The notes beneath the pieces are model-generated. The model was not told where the DNA came from. It did no database searches and saw nothing but the letters and a program-made list of their open reading frames with translations. Made by a program: the position numbers and the translations under genes. Positions 12,746-26,559 of a stretch of DNA of 64,000 bases are shown here, one piece after another. Numbering within the stretch: the first letter of the stretch is position 1; each line of letters begins with the position of its first letter. This stretch comes from Cenococcum geophilum (Eukaryota): NCBI GenBank assembly GCA_050273025.1, contig CP158636.1:7688001-7752000 (forward strand), given 5' to 3'.

Positions 12746-13662
12746 AATAGAGCAAGTAATAGAGGTTTTTCACCTACTATAGGTTTTCCCTCTATACGTA
12801 GGCCGAATGGCACTTATAAGGTACTTAGGAATAGCTTTATAATTGCCTATTTAGGAAATAAATAAGTAGATAAGTAGATAAGCAGAGCGTTATTAACATA
12901 GGGGAGTGTTAAAATTAAGCGAGAGGTGCTAACTAAGCTCTAGATATATTGCGAGGACGTTATTTTAGTTTTAGACGATTAGCTAATTATAAGCTGCTTA
13001 TATAACAGATTAATTATCTTATATTATTATTATCTGGTACACGGTTTAGAAATTTATTAGTCCCTCACGCCAATTTATATGTAATTCTTATACAAACTCG
13101 CGCGCCATACTAAATTTTTAGCCATTAATTAATAATGAACTAATACCTTTATAAATAATCGGCCAATATTATATTCTAGAACTTTATAAGGCAATTCTAA
13201 CGCTGCTAAAATTATTACAAACGGCCTGGTAGTTACTGCTATATTTCGCCTTAAATAAGCAGGTCTCCCCTTTAAAGCTCCGCCTAAAACCCTACTGCTA
13301 TTAATTAATAATAAACTAACGCCTTTATAGATAATTGGCTAACGTTATATTCTAGAGCTTTATAAGGCAATTTTAACGCTGCCAAAATTATTGTAAACGG
13401 CCTGGTGGTTACCGCTACGTTTTGCCTTAAATATTACCGCTATAAACAGTAAATATTTAGCTAGAGCCATCAACCATTACTAATCCTTAACGTTTAACCT
13501 TCTATATTAATATTTATAGTAGATAAACACCTAAATAGCTAATATATTATATCTAGATTAATTCTATACCTTATTACCTGCTTTATTGCTCCTCCGCTAC
13601 CTATACTACCTAAATATTAACCTATAAACCCCCTATTAACTCTATGTTTACTAATAAGCTAT

Positions 13663-16236
13663 ATACCGCCGTTTAGTATAAAGAAACGCTTAAAGGCCTT
13701 AATAAGGAAGCTAAAAGTTGGATATACGCCTAGTACAGTACGTAACTGTCCTTATACTACTAGCGAGGTAATAGATAATACTATTAGTGCAGTAAACGTC
13801 TTTAAAAAGTAACGCACTAATAATAAGGCGTTTTAGTTACTGGTAGTAGATAGTAAAGCTTCTTAGTTACTACGGATAGATCTATAAACATCTTAACTTT
13901 TTACCAGCTTGGCCAGCTAGGATATACCTTAACTCTCTACTAGCTTAGCCTATTAGGATATACTAAAGATACAAGTAGCTAGAGCTTAGAGAAAAATCTA
14001 AGATAAGAAAAAGCCTAACATAATAACTTAAGCACGAGATAACGTAATTTAGGGTACTATATTACTGCTATACGGTGACAAATTCTATATAAAAAATAAG
14101 CAGGTAACCTATATTTGGAGGCTGATTTATAATCGCATTAATATTACCCTTATTACACAAACTGGCTTTAATAAAAGCCTTATTATATAAGTAATTTTAA
14201 TCCTTTATAAAAATACTATATTGCTAATATTTCTTCCATTAAACAAGATTGCAAAAGAGTAAGTTTAAAAGGTTAATTAAATTGGTAGTAATACGCTGCT
14301 CCTTAACGCCAACGTTAAGGATATAGATAAAGCGCTTAAGAATGTAAGAGCCGGCCTATATACTTATATCTTTATTAGTCCTAAGCTTGCTAGTATACCA
14401 TCTTTTTAAGATCTGCTTAAAGACCTTAAGTTTAAGAAGTAATTAGCCTTAGTTACTGTTAATAAAGCTTATCTTGTTATATAATGGGGTAAGAAGTTTC
14501 GCCCTAAGTATACGCAGCTACGCTATATACGCAATCTAATTAGAAGCTTAGTTCCGTGGTTTACCTATTTTATAACTTTTAATCTAGAAACGTTAGAAAC
14601 GGTAAAGAAGTCCTTAGGCTTTAATAATAATAATATATACCTTAAGCAGACTTCTATTTCCTGTAGAGAGCTTATCTTTCATCTTAGCTAGATACTAAAG
14701 GATATAATTACTAAATATACCTTACTCCGCTTCTTTTTTAATAAGGCTATTAATCCTCTAACTATTAAAACATATATCAATCCTACCGTCTTTTAGGGAG
14801 GGAGCCGCTTAGCTACTCCGCATAAAATTCCAAAGACTATTATATTCTTTAATACTAGAGTCTAAGCTATAGAGGCGTATAAAAGTATATCTAAGTACCT
14901 ATAGTAGCTATATCTAGCTTAATATACTAAGAATATCACCCGCTTAATTATAGCCGTATTCCATTAAACAACCTTATTATTTAGTAAGAATTTAATACTA
15001 GATAAGTTTAGAAAACTAGTAAAAATTTTTAAGATTTAAATTATTTTTGCTACAGAGGCTATTAAAATTAGTATTAATCTTCTAGACGTCCGTAGAGTGG
15101 TTATATATATAATACCGGCGCCTAAATAATATTTCTCTTTTCTTCTATAGTATGGTGGTTAAGCTAGTCGCAATAGTAGAAGGGCTAAAGTAATCTTTTT
15201 ATTTAAATACTAGTGCTTTAGCAAATAAGACCTACTCCTATAGCTAAAGCCGAAGGCTATACACCGTTTAAATTCTCGCCGATAGTAATAGTCTTGCGTA
15301 CTATTATCCCACCCCTCTTCTACCTTTTAGCTATTACTATTACGCGGATCCTAATTACCGTTAGTTAATTCTATAAACTCGGATAACTTATTAGCTAGTA
15401 ATACTATCTAGTTAAAGCGGGGAGGCAAAAAGGAAGATAAGCAGAAGCGTATAGAGATAAAAGATAAGTTTTTCTAGCTATATAACAATTATAAGTGTAT
15501 TAAGGAAACACTATATAAGTATTTCGCCGAGCCTAACGCTTTAATTGCTGCTAATACCAATAAAGGCTCCTACTATAGTCACTATAATAACTCCCTTTAG
15601 TTAAGAACGCCCAAACGTGAAATATATAATAAGAAGGGGGCAAATCTAGATACTAAAAAGAATTATATCCTTAAGAAACTTTAGACGTGGGCTTAGACAT
15701 TAGCAGTACCTATAGTTATTAGTAAATCTGCTCTATTTCTAACATATTATACTATTACCGTTCCATATACTATGCTATATTAAATAGCATATTAATTCCA
15801 CCTAATTATTATATATAAACACCTTAACAACTATATAAACGAATAGGAGCACGCAGATCTACTATCTAAAAGTCTATAGTAGGAGCTGCGTACAGCCAGT
15901 CTTAAATATAATTATATACTATACCCTTCTTTATAGGGTATAGATGCGATATTTAGAATTTTTAGTGTTAATCTAACGCTAAGCTAGAGTTAAACTTTAT
16001 TAATTAACTCCCTATTTAATACTGCTATATCTACCGCTACCACTAGTTAAGCTATATTAGTTGCTACCGTATCCACTATATAACCGCGACTCTCTTTAAG
16101 CCTACCCCCACGCTAGTCTCCTCTACGTAATACTTAGGTGCTATTGCCTATAAGATATAGCCTATTAAGCTTATAAAGCCTAAATATATAATATATTTAG
16201 AACACACTAGATATAAGAAAGAGAAAGAGGTTTTAG
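13663..16236 (+). pseudogene. RecQ-like superfamily II (DEAH) helicase, RIP-inactivated
   Basis: De-RIP: TLIAQTGFGKSLI (Walker A, ~14150), FISPELA, LVAVDEAHLVIQWG..FRPEYAQL (~14450-14520), ACSATL, IIFATEAIGIGINLPDVRRVV, QRGGRAGR. Confidence 0.88.
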
Positions 16237-16689
16237 TTATTATTGCGGTTATAAAAGGAAGGTAAGTTGTTGCTATTCTAATAATATTTTTACACCCTAT
16301 ATATTCCGCTAAGCCCTATTACTAATAAGCTATTTAATATATATATAGTAGTATATAGGGAGCTTTAGCTTTATAACCGGATTAATATTACCGCCGTTAT
16401 AGGCAGTATAGAAGGGCAAAGCCCAACACTAAAAGATAATACTTAATTAAGCATTATAAATATAAAAACGGAATAACTTAAGTTATACTAGAGAAGTCAT
16501 TAATTAATAAAGGGTAGAGGAGAAGTTATATTAAGATAAGGTAAGGTTAAAACCTAAGCTCCTTTTAAAATATATATAACCCTAAGTCTTATATACGTAA
16601 TAAGAAAACGAACTAAAATAACTAAGGGGTATTTAATACTACTATATTACCTCCCCTACCTAAAACATTATCCCCTAACGTTTCCTTAT

Positions 16690-19600
16690 ATCTCCTAAAG
16701 TGGGTAATAGATGCCCTAAAAAAGAAGACACCCTAACGCTTAATACTCCTCCAACTTATTAAAAGCTGCCTATACTCCCTCCTTAATTATCACCTCCACT
16801 TCTTCCGTATTATCCTTATCTACTATACCTTTTACTTTAAGTTCTGCACTCCTATTATCCTACGTATTAATATCTCTAGCTTAGAGGTTTAAAGACACTC
16901 TTTCTTCAATAGCATGTATTTTTGCTTGCATTTTCTTCTATAAGGGAGATTATAAAATACTGGAGTTAATTACCTGCTCTCCTAAAGCAGCACCCCTTTC
17001 CGAAATTAGTGAAGGCGTTAGGCGGTATAATACTGCTAGTTTATTAGTGTCTTCTAAGGTACTAATAACTTTTAATAATTATTTAGGGGCAGTATCCTGA
17101 AGGCTATCTCCCATAGGCTTACTTAGATCCTTTAGTTTACGGTTAATCTCTATAGGCACTACTTTGTTATTAAAGATATTAGGACTAAGGTTTAGAGCAG
17201 TAGTCCTAGCGCCTTAAGGCGTAATAGCCCTATCCTTGCCTTTAGTATAGCCTTTAAAACTATGCTCGGTTAACGGAGAAGCGCTAAAAGTTATACCCTC
17301 GTTTTTTAGATCTAAACTTAGGTCTTTAAGGCATTCTAAGTTATCTGCGGAACGCCTATAGCCTTATTCTTTTACTAAAAAGTAAGACCTCGCCCCAAAT
17401 ACCTCTCGTTTAAATTCCTTAAGCTCTTTAAAACTGTTACGAACAGCCTTAGCAATACGCGCCCTATGTCTTTCCCAAAATGCTTCGTATTTATTATTTA
17501 AGGTAGAATTTAAAATTACCCGCTATTCTGCCCTTACTTAAGGATTATCTTATAAAAGTCTTCCAACCAAAGTATTTAAAAGGGCACTCTTTGCCTGCAG
17601 TTATATATAGGCCGGGAATTTATATAAAGGAATACTAGTAATAGGTTCGCCAGTAGGAGTTAAAACCAGGGGAAGACTAGCTAGATTTATCTATATAACC
17701 TCCTACTAGCTCTTAAGCCTAGGGATTTCTAATTTTCTAGTGTTTAGTAGGATTGCGATTAAGTCTAAAGTAATAATTAAGCGGCTTAATATTACTTAAG
17801 ATGCTCCTTATATAACAATAGCTTTTATAAACCGTACTTCTCTAGTTTTTAACGCAATGGGCATCTAGTTAAGCTTAAACCTTTTAGCATTAGCCCTAGT
17901 CCAGGCCGTCTCTATATTCTTAATACGCCCCCTACTATTAAGTTCTCCGCGCTCTTAAAGCAAATCTACCTATTCTAGTATATACTAATGCATTCTAGGT
18001 AGGAGTTCTATATAAGACTAACTCCCCTCCTTAACTAGGGAAATACAAGAATAAAGCTAGCTGTCTCCAGAATTTGGCCCTCCTTCGCGTATTTAGAGAA
18101 AATCAATTTCTAAGTTCCGTTTTTTAGGAAGATAGCTATTAAGAAACCGGAGCGTATAGCTTAGATATATAATAAAATAAGTAGCATTATTAGTGCGTAA
18201 AGCTATAGTGTGTCTATAGTGCTCTAAATCTATATAAACTACCTATTATAGTAAGGAATAATATATAGTCTAGAGGATACTATCTTTCTCTTCCCTAGTA
18301 GTCTTTCGTAAATGGTGTGCGTATATATTAAACTCTTCCTTAAAAATGCCTAGAATTCTAACGTCTTTCTACTATTTAAATAAATCGGCGTAGTGGATTC
18401 CGAGCAGGTCCTATTTAAGTTCCCCTTTTAAGCCCAATATAAGCTTTTTTAATCCCACGCAGTCTACTAGATAATCGCTAGGCTGTACAGTAGAATAAGC
18501 GTAAATTTTAAGGTTATCGTTTACATATTCTAGGCGACTATTCTTTTTAAACTAGAAATAGGAGCTTTTAGCTATCTAGAGAATGTCAATAGTATTATAG
18601 TTCTTAGAGACTAAGTGGATTTGTAAATATAAATTAGTAAAAGAAACGCTAGTATTTAATCCTAATAACCCTGCTATTTTTTAAAAATGCATCTAGTATA
18701 ACGCGCGGACTTCTATTTCATTTCCTTGCTAGGCCGTAATAAATTAGTATAAGATAGAAAAGATACTATCTTCTAGCTCTTTCTTAGAATTAAGGGCTTT
18801 AATTAATTTAGCTAGCGTTTTAGAATAACATAAGCATTTTATTTTCCGCTTCGGCCGTGCTTTTATAACAATTACCTCTCCTTTAGTAATTATTATTGCT
18901 TTTTCCTTCCGCTTATTAGCTTTACCAGAAGCTAGAGGCTCCGTAGGTCCTATCTTTAGCTTCTTTTTTAGGGATTTCTTAGAAGCTTTTTTAGCCCTAC
19001 GTTTCTATAGGGAGCTAGCGACGAGGTTATCCTCTAAAGACGTAAATTTATTAGATTTGGAGTCTTCTTCTTACGCTTTAGGTACATTACCTCCAAATAG
19101 AAACAAGCTACGCAGCATTCTTACGTTTAAGCCTTTAACCTCCTTAAAAGGTAATAGTAGAGGTGCCGGAGCAACTGGCTCTAGTATAAATTCCTCTTTA
19201 GTTTTAACAGTTAAGGCTAGCACTAAAAGCTTATAGCTTTAGCTTAGATAACAAACAAGCTTCTATTTCTTAATTAACTCCTTATTAACTACCAATCCAA
19301 ATTTATAGGCGGTAAGAAAGTCTAAGGGTGTTAGGTATAGGGTCCTTAAGATTTTAGCCTTTAAGAGTTCTAGGCGGCTTAGTATCGCATTATTAATTAT
19401 TTTTAACGTATCTTTCCTAGAGATCTAACTTCTTTTTACCTAATTAATAAAGATACGGATGCTTTTTAGTGCGTAATATATATAGAAGAGCTTATAGGGA
19501 CTTTCTAAAAGTTCCTCTCCCTATTTCTTCTTAATTGTATTTCGCACCGCCTTAATCTTATTAATCTTATAGGTAATCTTAGAGAGCTTTCTAATGTCCG

Positions 19601-19910
19601 CAAAGGCGTTTTCCTAATCTTTATTTTCTAAATTTCCCTTAAGCTTATTATCCTTCTTAATTTTAACCATCCCATTTTTTGCAGCCTTAACTATATTATG
19701 CTCCTAGTTTATAATAGCCTATATTAAACCATGATAGATATTTACGCGCTAATTAACTGGGTGGCTTTGGGCGGCCCTAAAAATAACCTCTATTATCTAC
19801 GCCTTTCCTTAGTATGCGAGGGCTATTAACCGGATAGTAGGAGGCAGAGGCGTAGGAGGTAGAGGTATAGGAGGTAAAGGCGGCGGCTTTCCTTTTAAGC
19901 GGAGTTCTAT
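16690..19910 (-). pseudogene. Cargo gene A, copy 1 (~1000 aa; central region resembles a fungal PhyH-like/2OG-Fe(II)-fold hypothetical family)
   Basis: De-RIP: MELRSKG.PPP... FKEEFDMYAHHLRK...LRTMCYSLLQQAVRMDLEHY...VALR...FISYPSY ... SNALVGRLLWDDPQV. Paralogous to 22100-25316. The family assignment is from recall only. Confidence 0.6.
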
Positions 19911-20399
19911 AGTTCTAGATATTTTTATAGTAATATTTTATGTGCGCAACGGGCGTATAGGTGGTATTTTAAGACAAGAGTTATAACAGTGTCTTCTTAA
20001 CGTAAGAGAAAAGTAAATAGGCGCGTATAACTAAATAAGACGAGATAACAAGAAATTAAAATAAAGGCCTTGTGGTATTTTTTAAAAAAAGGTAAATTAA
20101 AAAGGACCGTTACGTAAATTGTTAATATATTAAGGAACTTTAACCGGCGGTTAAAGTTATCTAATTAGTTAGATTTTCCTTGCTAAGACTTTTCTATAAC
20201 AATAATATTAGTTAGTACTAAAAATTAACTTTAACCTCTAATATACTTAACTAAGGTTTCTTAAAGTAAGTAGCTCTTCTCTTAACTTAAAAGGAAATGA
20301 AAATGCTAAATTAAAAATTATAGAGCGTAAAAATGTAAAATACTTATAAGAGATAGTTACTAGTAACGAGGATAAAAGGAAGAAGACTACGTATAAAGT

Positions 20400-21725
20400 T
20401 ATTCTCTATAAAAGCAGTTATTAAGACTAAGGATTTAAAACCAGCTTTAAAGAAGTAAACTCTTTTCCTAATTGCTTATGGCAATGAGGTAGGAGTATAA
20501 TAGAAGACTTTTAGTCTCTAAGAGTGCTAGCTATTATAGTGCTAAGTATTCCTTAGATAAGCCTTACTTATAGTTACTTTACGCGTTTATTATAGAGATA
20601 AAAAGAAGAAAGAGAAAAAGTTATTGCTTATAGTAACAGGTGTCCTAAGTAACGGCTTACCTATAGAAGGATTTTCGTAGAAGACCGTCTCTTAGTAGAG
20701 CTATAATCCTTAAGACGTAATAAGATTATAATATAATTAAAAGGGAGGAACGCATATAAAGGATAGGTAGAATTAACTATAACTATAACGTAATCTTGGT
20801 TAATTACCGTTTATAAAGGCTTTCTCTCTTACTTTTTTCCTTCTGCTTTCTTTTCTTAGAAGGGTTTAATTAAGCTTAGCTTATATAATCCTTATACTAA
20901 CGGAGCAGTACGGCGCTATACCGGTATAGCAGAAAACTGGCTGTTTGTCTTTTAGGAAGCTTAAAGGAACTCTTTTAATAAGTAATAGCGATTAAGTTGC
21001 TTAAATAAGAGGGTAGGAGGACTTTTATAGACGAGAACTCGGCTAATTCTTCCTAAAGATTACCTTTTCTCTACCTACGCTACGGCCTCCTTTTTAGGTG
21101 CCTCCTCTTCTATAGAGACCTCTTCTATATTACGTTGCTTTTATTTATACGGCCTTCTAGTCTAACTTCCTTAAGATCTTATATAAGGAACCGTTTTAAC
21201 CTATTCCCATACAGATTACCTTTTATTTTAGTACTATTAAGTTTATAGAACCCTTTTTCTAATGCCATTTTAACCCGGAAGGGACCCTGCTATTTTAGCT
21301 ATAGCTTTTACCACCGCGATATATCTTTTGCCTTCTTTGCATTTTATACTAGCATAAGACTCCTAGACTTAAGCTTGCCCTTATAGGTATTCTCTATTAG
21401 CTAGATAATAGCGGCGCATTCTCTCCTAAGCTTCTTTGTTATTTATCTCTTGTTACTTAAATTATTTCATTCTTAGAATAATTAACTCTTCTATTATCTT
21501 TACCTTATTTTACAGAAGTGTCTACTATATAGGAAGGCAGAGCTATCCATTAAGGCCTATTCCTAAAGGGTACCCGTCTAAGTTAGATATAAGGCTTCCT
21601 CTATAGAGGTAGTAGAGGAAGCGGTAGAAGCTATAGTAGAAGCTAAGGAAGAGGAGTAGATTTAAGAATCTCGTTAAAAATATTATTAAAGTTAAACTAA
21701 GTATCTAATATTTTGATAAGCTTAT
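20400..21725 (-). pseudogene. Cargo gene B, copy 1, unknown Lys/Arg-rich protein
   Basis: Coding-like de-RIP reading (MSLSKYQIPSFNF... ERMRRYCLANGEYLY.GKLE...). A partial paralogue lies at ~25860-26505. Confidence 0.4.
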
Positions 21726-22099
21726 AGGTAAAGCTGTAGGTTAATTAAATCTAGCTGCTTTTTAAAAGGGAAGGTAATATATAGACACTAATTTAATTAT
21801 AGCAGTAAATAATAGAGAGCTAGTGTAGAAGGGCAAAGCCTAATACTAAAAGATAATACTTAATTAAGTATTATAAGGGGAATGGGACTAGATAAGTTAC
21901 GCTAGAAAGGTAAAAGAATAACTAGAGGGTAAGTTGGATTTTTTTTAGGATAAGGTTAAAGCCTAGGTTGCTTCTGTAATATATATAACCCTAAGCCCCC
22001 CGTATATAATAAGAAATAAATTAAAATAACTAAGGAGCGTTCTATACCACTATATTACTACCCCCACTTAAAACATTATCCCTTAACGTTTCTTTACAG

Positions 22100-25000
22100 A
22101 CCCTATTTAGTAGGTAAGAAACGCTTAAGAATAGAAAAAAATAACCTAACACTTAGTATACCTTTAACTCCTCCAAAGCTGCCTGCACCTTTTCCCTATT
22201 TATTGCCTCTATTCTATATTATCTACGCCTTCCGCCTTAAGCTCTGTATTTATATTATTCTATATATTAATAACACCAACCTAGAGTTTTAAAGACACCT
22301 TTTTACAGATAGTATTTATTTCCGCTTATATTGTCTTCTATATAGGAGGTTAGAGAACACTAAAATTAATTATCTATTCTTCTAAAGCAGTACCCTTTTT
22401 TAAAATTAGTAAAGGCGTTAGGCGGTATAATACTGCTAGCTTATTAATATTTTCTAAAGTATTAACAAATACCGGCGAATGTTTAGAAGCAGTATTTCAG
22501 AAGCTATTTTCTTTAAGCTTACTTATATCCTTTAGCTCCTAGTTAATTTCTATAGGCGCTACCTTATTATTAAATATATTAGGACTAAGGTTTAGCGCAG
22601 TAGTCCTAGCGCCCTAAGGCGTAATAGCCCCAGCCTTACCTTTAGAATAGCCTTTAGAACTATAATCGGTTAATAGGGGAGCGCGAGAAGTTATACTAGC
22701 TGGGTTATATTCGTATTCTAGATCCGAAACTAAGTCTTTAGGATATTCTAGGTTATCTATAGAACGCTTACGCCCTTATTCTTTTACTAAAAAGTAAAAC
22801 TTTACCCTAAATACCTCTTACTTAAATTCCTCTAGCTCTCCAAAGCTCTTATAAACAGCCTCAGCAATATACGTCCTATATCTTTCCCAAAATACTTTAT
22901 ATTTATTATTTAATTAAGGATCTAGGATTAACTATTGCTCTCTTTTTACTTAAGGGTCGTCCTATAAAAGTCTCCTAACTAAAGCATTTAAAACAGCGCT
23001 CTTTACCTATAGCTATATATAGGCCGGAAACTTATATAGAGGAGCGTTAGAAATAGGTTTGCTAGTAAGAGTTAAAACTAAGGGAAAAGCGTTTAGATTT
23101 ATCTATATAACGGCCTGCTAGCTCTTAAGCCTAGGAATCTCTAATCTCTTAGTATTTAGTAGGATTGCGATTAAGTCTAGTATAACAATTAAGCGACTTA
23201 ATGTTGCTTAAGAGGCTCCTTATATAATAGTAGCTTTTATAAACCGCACTTTACTAGTCCTTAACGTAATAGGCATCTAGTTAAGCTTAAACTTCTTAGC
23301 ATTAGCTTTAGTCCAGGCAGTTTCCATATTTTTAATACGCCCTCTACTATTAAGTTCCCCACATTCTTAAAGTAAGCCTACTTATTCTAGTATATACTAA
23401 TATATACTAGGTAGGAACTCTACATAAGACTAACTCCCCTTATTAATTAAGGAGATATAAAAACGAAGCCAGCTTTCTCTAGAATTTGGCCCTCCTTTAC
23501 GCACTTACAAAAGGTTAATTTTTAAGTTCCGCTTTTTAGGGAGATAGCTACTAAGGAACTAAAGCGTATAGCTTAGATATATAATAAAACGAGTAGCGCC
23601 ATTAGCGTGTAAAGCCACTATATACTGGTAGTGCTCCAGATCCATCCGAACTGCCTACTATAGTAAAGAATAGCACATAGTCTAAAAAATACTGCTATTT
23701 TCCTCTCTAGCGGTCTTACGTAAATAATACGCATATATATTAAACTCCTCTTTAAAAATGTCTAAAATCCTAGTATCTTTCTACTATTTAAATAAATCGG
23801 CCTAGTAGATTCTAAGTAAGTCCTATTTTATTTCCCCTTTTAAGCCTAATATAAGCTTCCTTAACCCTATATAATTTACTTAATAATTACTAGGTCGTAT
23901 AGTAGAATAAGCGTAAATCCTAAGACTATTATTCGTATACTTAGGACAACTATCCCTTTTAAACCAAAAATAAGAGCTTTTAGCTATCCGGAGAATATTA
24001 ATAGTATTATAGTTCTTAGAGACTAAGTGAATTCGTAAATATAAATTTATAGAGGAAGTACTAGCATCTAGTCCTAGCAATCCTACTATTTTCTAAAGAT
24101 ATATCCAGCATAGCGCGCGGACTTCTATCCTATTTCCTTACTAGGCTATAATAAACTATTATAAGATGGAAGAGATACCGCCTTCTAGTTCTTTCTTTAG
24201 ATTAAGAGCCTTTATTAATTTAACTGGCGTTTTAAAATAGCATGAGTATTTTATTTTTTGTTTCGGCCGTAGTTTCCTAATAATTACCTCTCTATTAGCT
24301 TTAGCAATTATAGCTACTTTTCCCTTTCGTCTGTTAGCTTTATTAAAAGCTAAAGGTTCCACAGGTTCTATTTTTAGCTTCTTTTTAGGAGATTTCTTAG
24401 AAGCTTTTTTAGCCTTGCGTTTCTATAAGGAGCTAGTAATAAAGATATCCTCTAAAGATATAAATTTATTAGATTTAGAGTCCTCTCTATTAGCTTTAGG
24501 AACCTTACCTCTAAACAAAAATATACTGCGCAGTATCTTTACGTTTAAGCCTTTAACCTCTTTAAAAGGTACTAATAAAGGTCCCAAAGTAACTGGCTTT
24601 AGTATAAATCCCTCTCCTCTAGCTTTAACGGTTAAGGCTAGTACTAAAAGCTTATAGCCCTAGCTTAGATAATAGGCGAGCCTCTATTTTTTAACTAGCT
24701 CCTTATTAACTTCTAGTCCGAATTTATAAGTATTAAGGAAATTTAAGAGTATCGGGTATAGAGTCCTTAAGATCCCGGCCTTTAAGAGTTTTAGGCGGTT
24801 TAGCATTATATTATTAACTATCTTTAACGCATTCTCTCTGGCGATTTTACTCTTTTTAGCTTAATTAATAAGGATATAAATGCTTTTTAGTGCGTAATAT
24901 ATATAGAAGAGCTTATAGGGACCTTCTAAAAGTTCCTTTCTCTATTTCTTCTTAACTATATCCCGCACCGTCTTAATCTTATTAATCTTATAAGTAATCT

Positions 25001-25316
25001 TAGAAAGCTTCCTAATATCTATAAAGGCATTTTCCTACTCTTTACTTTCTAAGTTTCCTTTAAGCTCTCTATCCTTTTTAATCTTAATTATAGCATTTCT
25101 CGCAGCCTTAATTACATTATACTCTTAGTTTAAAATAACCTACGTTAAACTATAATAGATATTTACGCGCTAATTAACCGGGTAGCTTTAGGCAGCTTTA
25201 AGAATAACCTTTATTATCTGCGCCTTTCCTTAGTATACGAGGGCTATTAACCGGATAGTAGGAGGCGGAGGCGTAGGAGGCAAAGGCGGCGGCCTTCCTT
25301 TTAAGCGGAGTTCCAT
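22100..25316 (-). pseudogene. Cargo gene A, copy 2
   Basis: ATG at 25316-25314, colinear with copy 1. ORF-track fragments 23880-24080 and 24159-24362 are pieces of it. Confidence 0.6.
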
Positions 25317-26559
25317 AGTTCTAGGTATTTTTATAGTAAAATTCCGCGTGCGTAATAGGCAATTTAAAAAAAGGGTAACAATAGTGCTTTTTAACGTAAA
25401 GAAAGGTAAATAGGCGCGTATAATTAAATAAGATAGGGTAACAGGATAATAGGATAATAGGATAATAGGAAGTCAAAATAAAGATCTTATAGTATTTACC
25501 AAAAAGGTAAATTAAAATGGTTGTTACGTAAAATCTTAAAATATTAAGGAACTTTGACCGCTAGTTAAAGTTATCTAATTAGTTAGATTTTCCTTACTAA
25601 GATATTTATATAATAATAACTTTAACAATAATAATTTTTTAAAAGAATAAATAAGACTTAGATAATGCCTAACTCTAACCTCCGGTATGCTTAACTAAGA
25701 CTTCTTAAAGTAAAGTAGCTCTTCTCTTAACTTAAAAGGAAACGAAAATATTAATTTAAAAATTATAGAACGTGAAAATATAAAATACTTATAAGAGATA
25801 GTTATTAGTAATAAAGGTAGAAGGAAGAAGACCGCGTATGCAGTTATTCTTTATAAGAGTAGTTATTAAGATAAAGAATTTAAAACCAGCTTTAAAGAGC
25901 TAAACTCTTTTCCTAATTCCTTATGCTAGTGGGATAAGGTAGGAGTGTAGTAGAAGACTCTAATCCTTGTAGTTGCTTTACGTGTTTATTATAAAGGTAG
26001 AGAGAAGAAAGCGAATAAGTTGCTACTTATAGTAATAGGTATCCTAAGTAATAGCCTATTTATAGAAGAATCTTTATAGAAGACTGCCTTTTTAGTAGGG
26101 TTGTATAATCCTTAAGACGCGGTAAAATCGTAGTGCAGTTAAAAAGAAGAGACGCTGTCACAGCCTTCTCTTTAGGTGCTTTTTCTTATGTAAAGACTTC
26201 TTCTATATTATAGTTGCTTTTATTTATACGGTCTTCTAGTTTAATCCCCTTGGAATCTTATATACGAAACCGTTTTAACCAATTTCTATATAGGGTGCCT
26301 CCTATTTTAGTGCTATTAAGGTTCTTAATTTTATAGAACCCTTTTTCTAATAACCTTTTAATCCGGAGGGGGCCCTGCCATTTTAGCTACAGCTTTTACT
26401 ATTGCGATATACCCTTACCTTCTTCGCATCCTATACTAGCATAAGCTCTTTAGGCTTAAGCTTACTTTTATAGGTATTCTTTATTAGCTAGACAATAGCT
26501 GCGCATAAAACACTAGAACTAGATAGAAAGTCTATAAGATTAGGTATTAAGTACAGCTC

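Larger units (their letters stand above)
16405..26505. repeat. Diverged ~5-kb tandem duplication inside the Academ-like element (16405-21418 vs 21821-26505)
   Basis: Shared start (GAAGGGCAAAGCC.AA.ACTAAAAGATAATACTTAATTAAG) and shared end (GCTAGA.AATAGC.GCGCA); colinear between, with indels and transversions. Confidence 0.9.
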
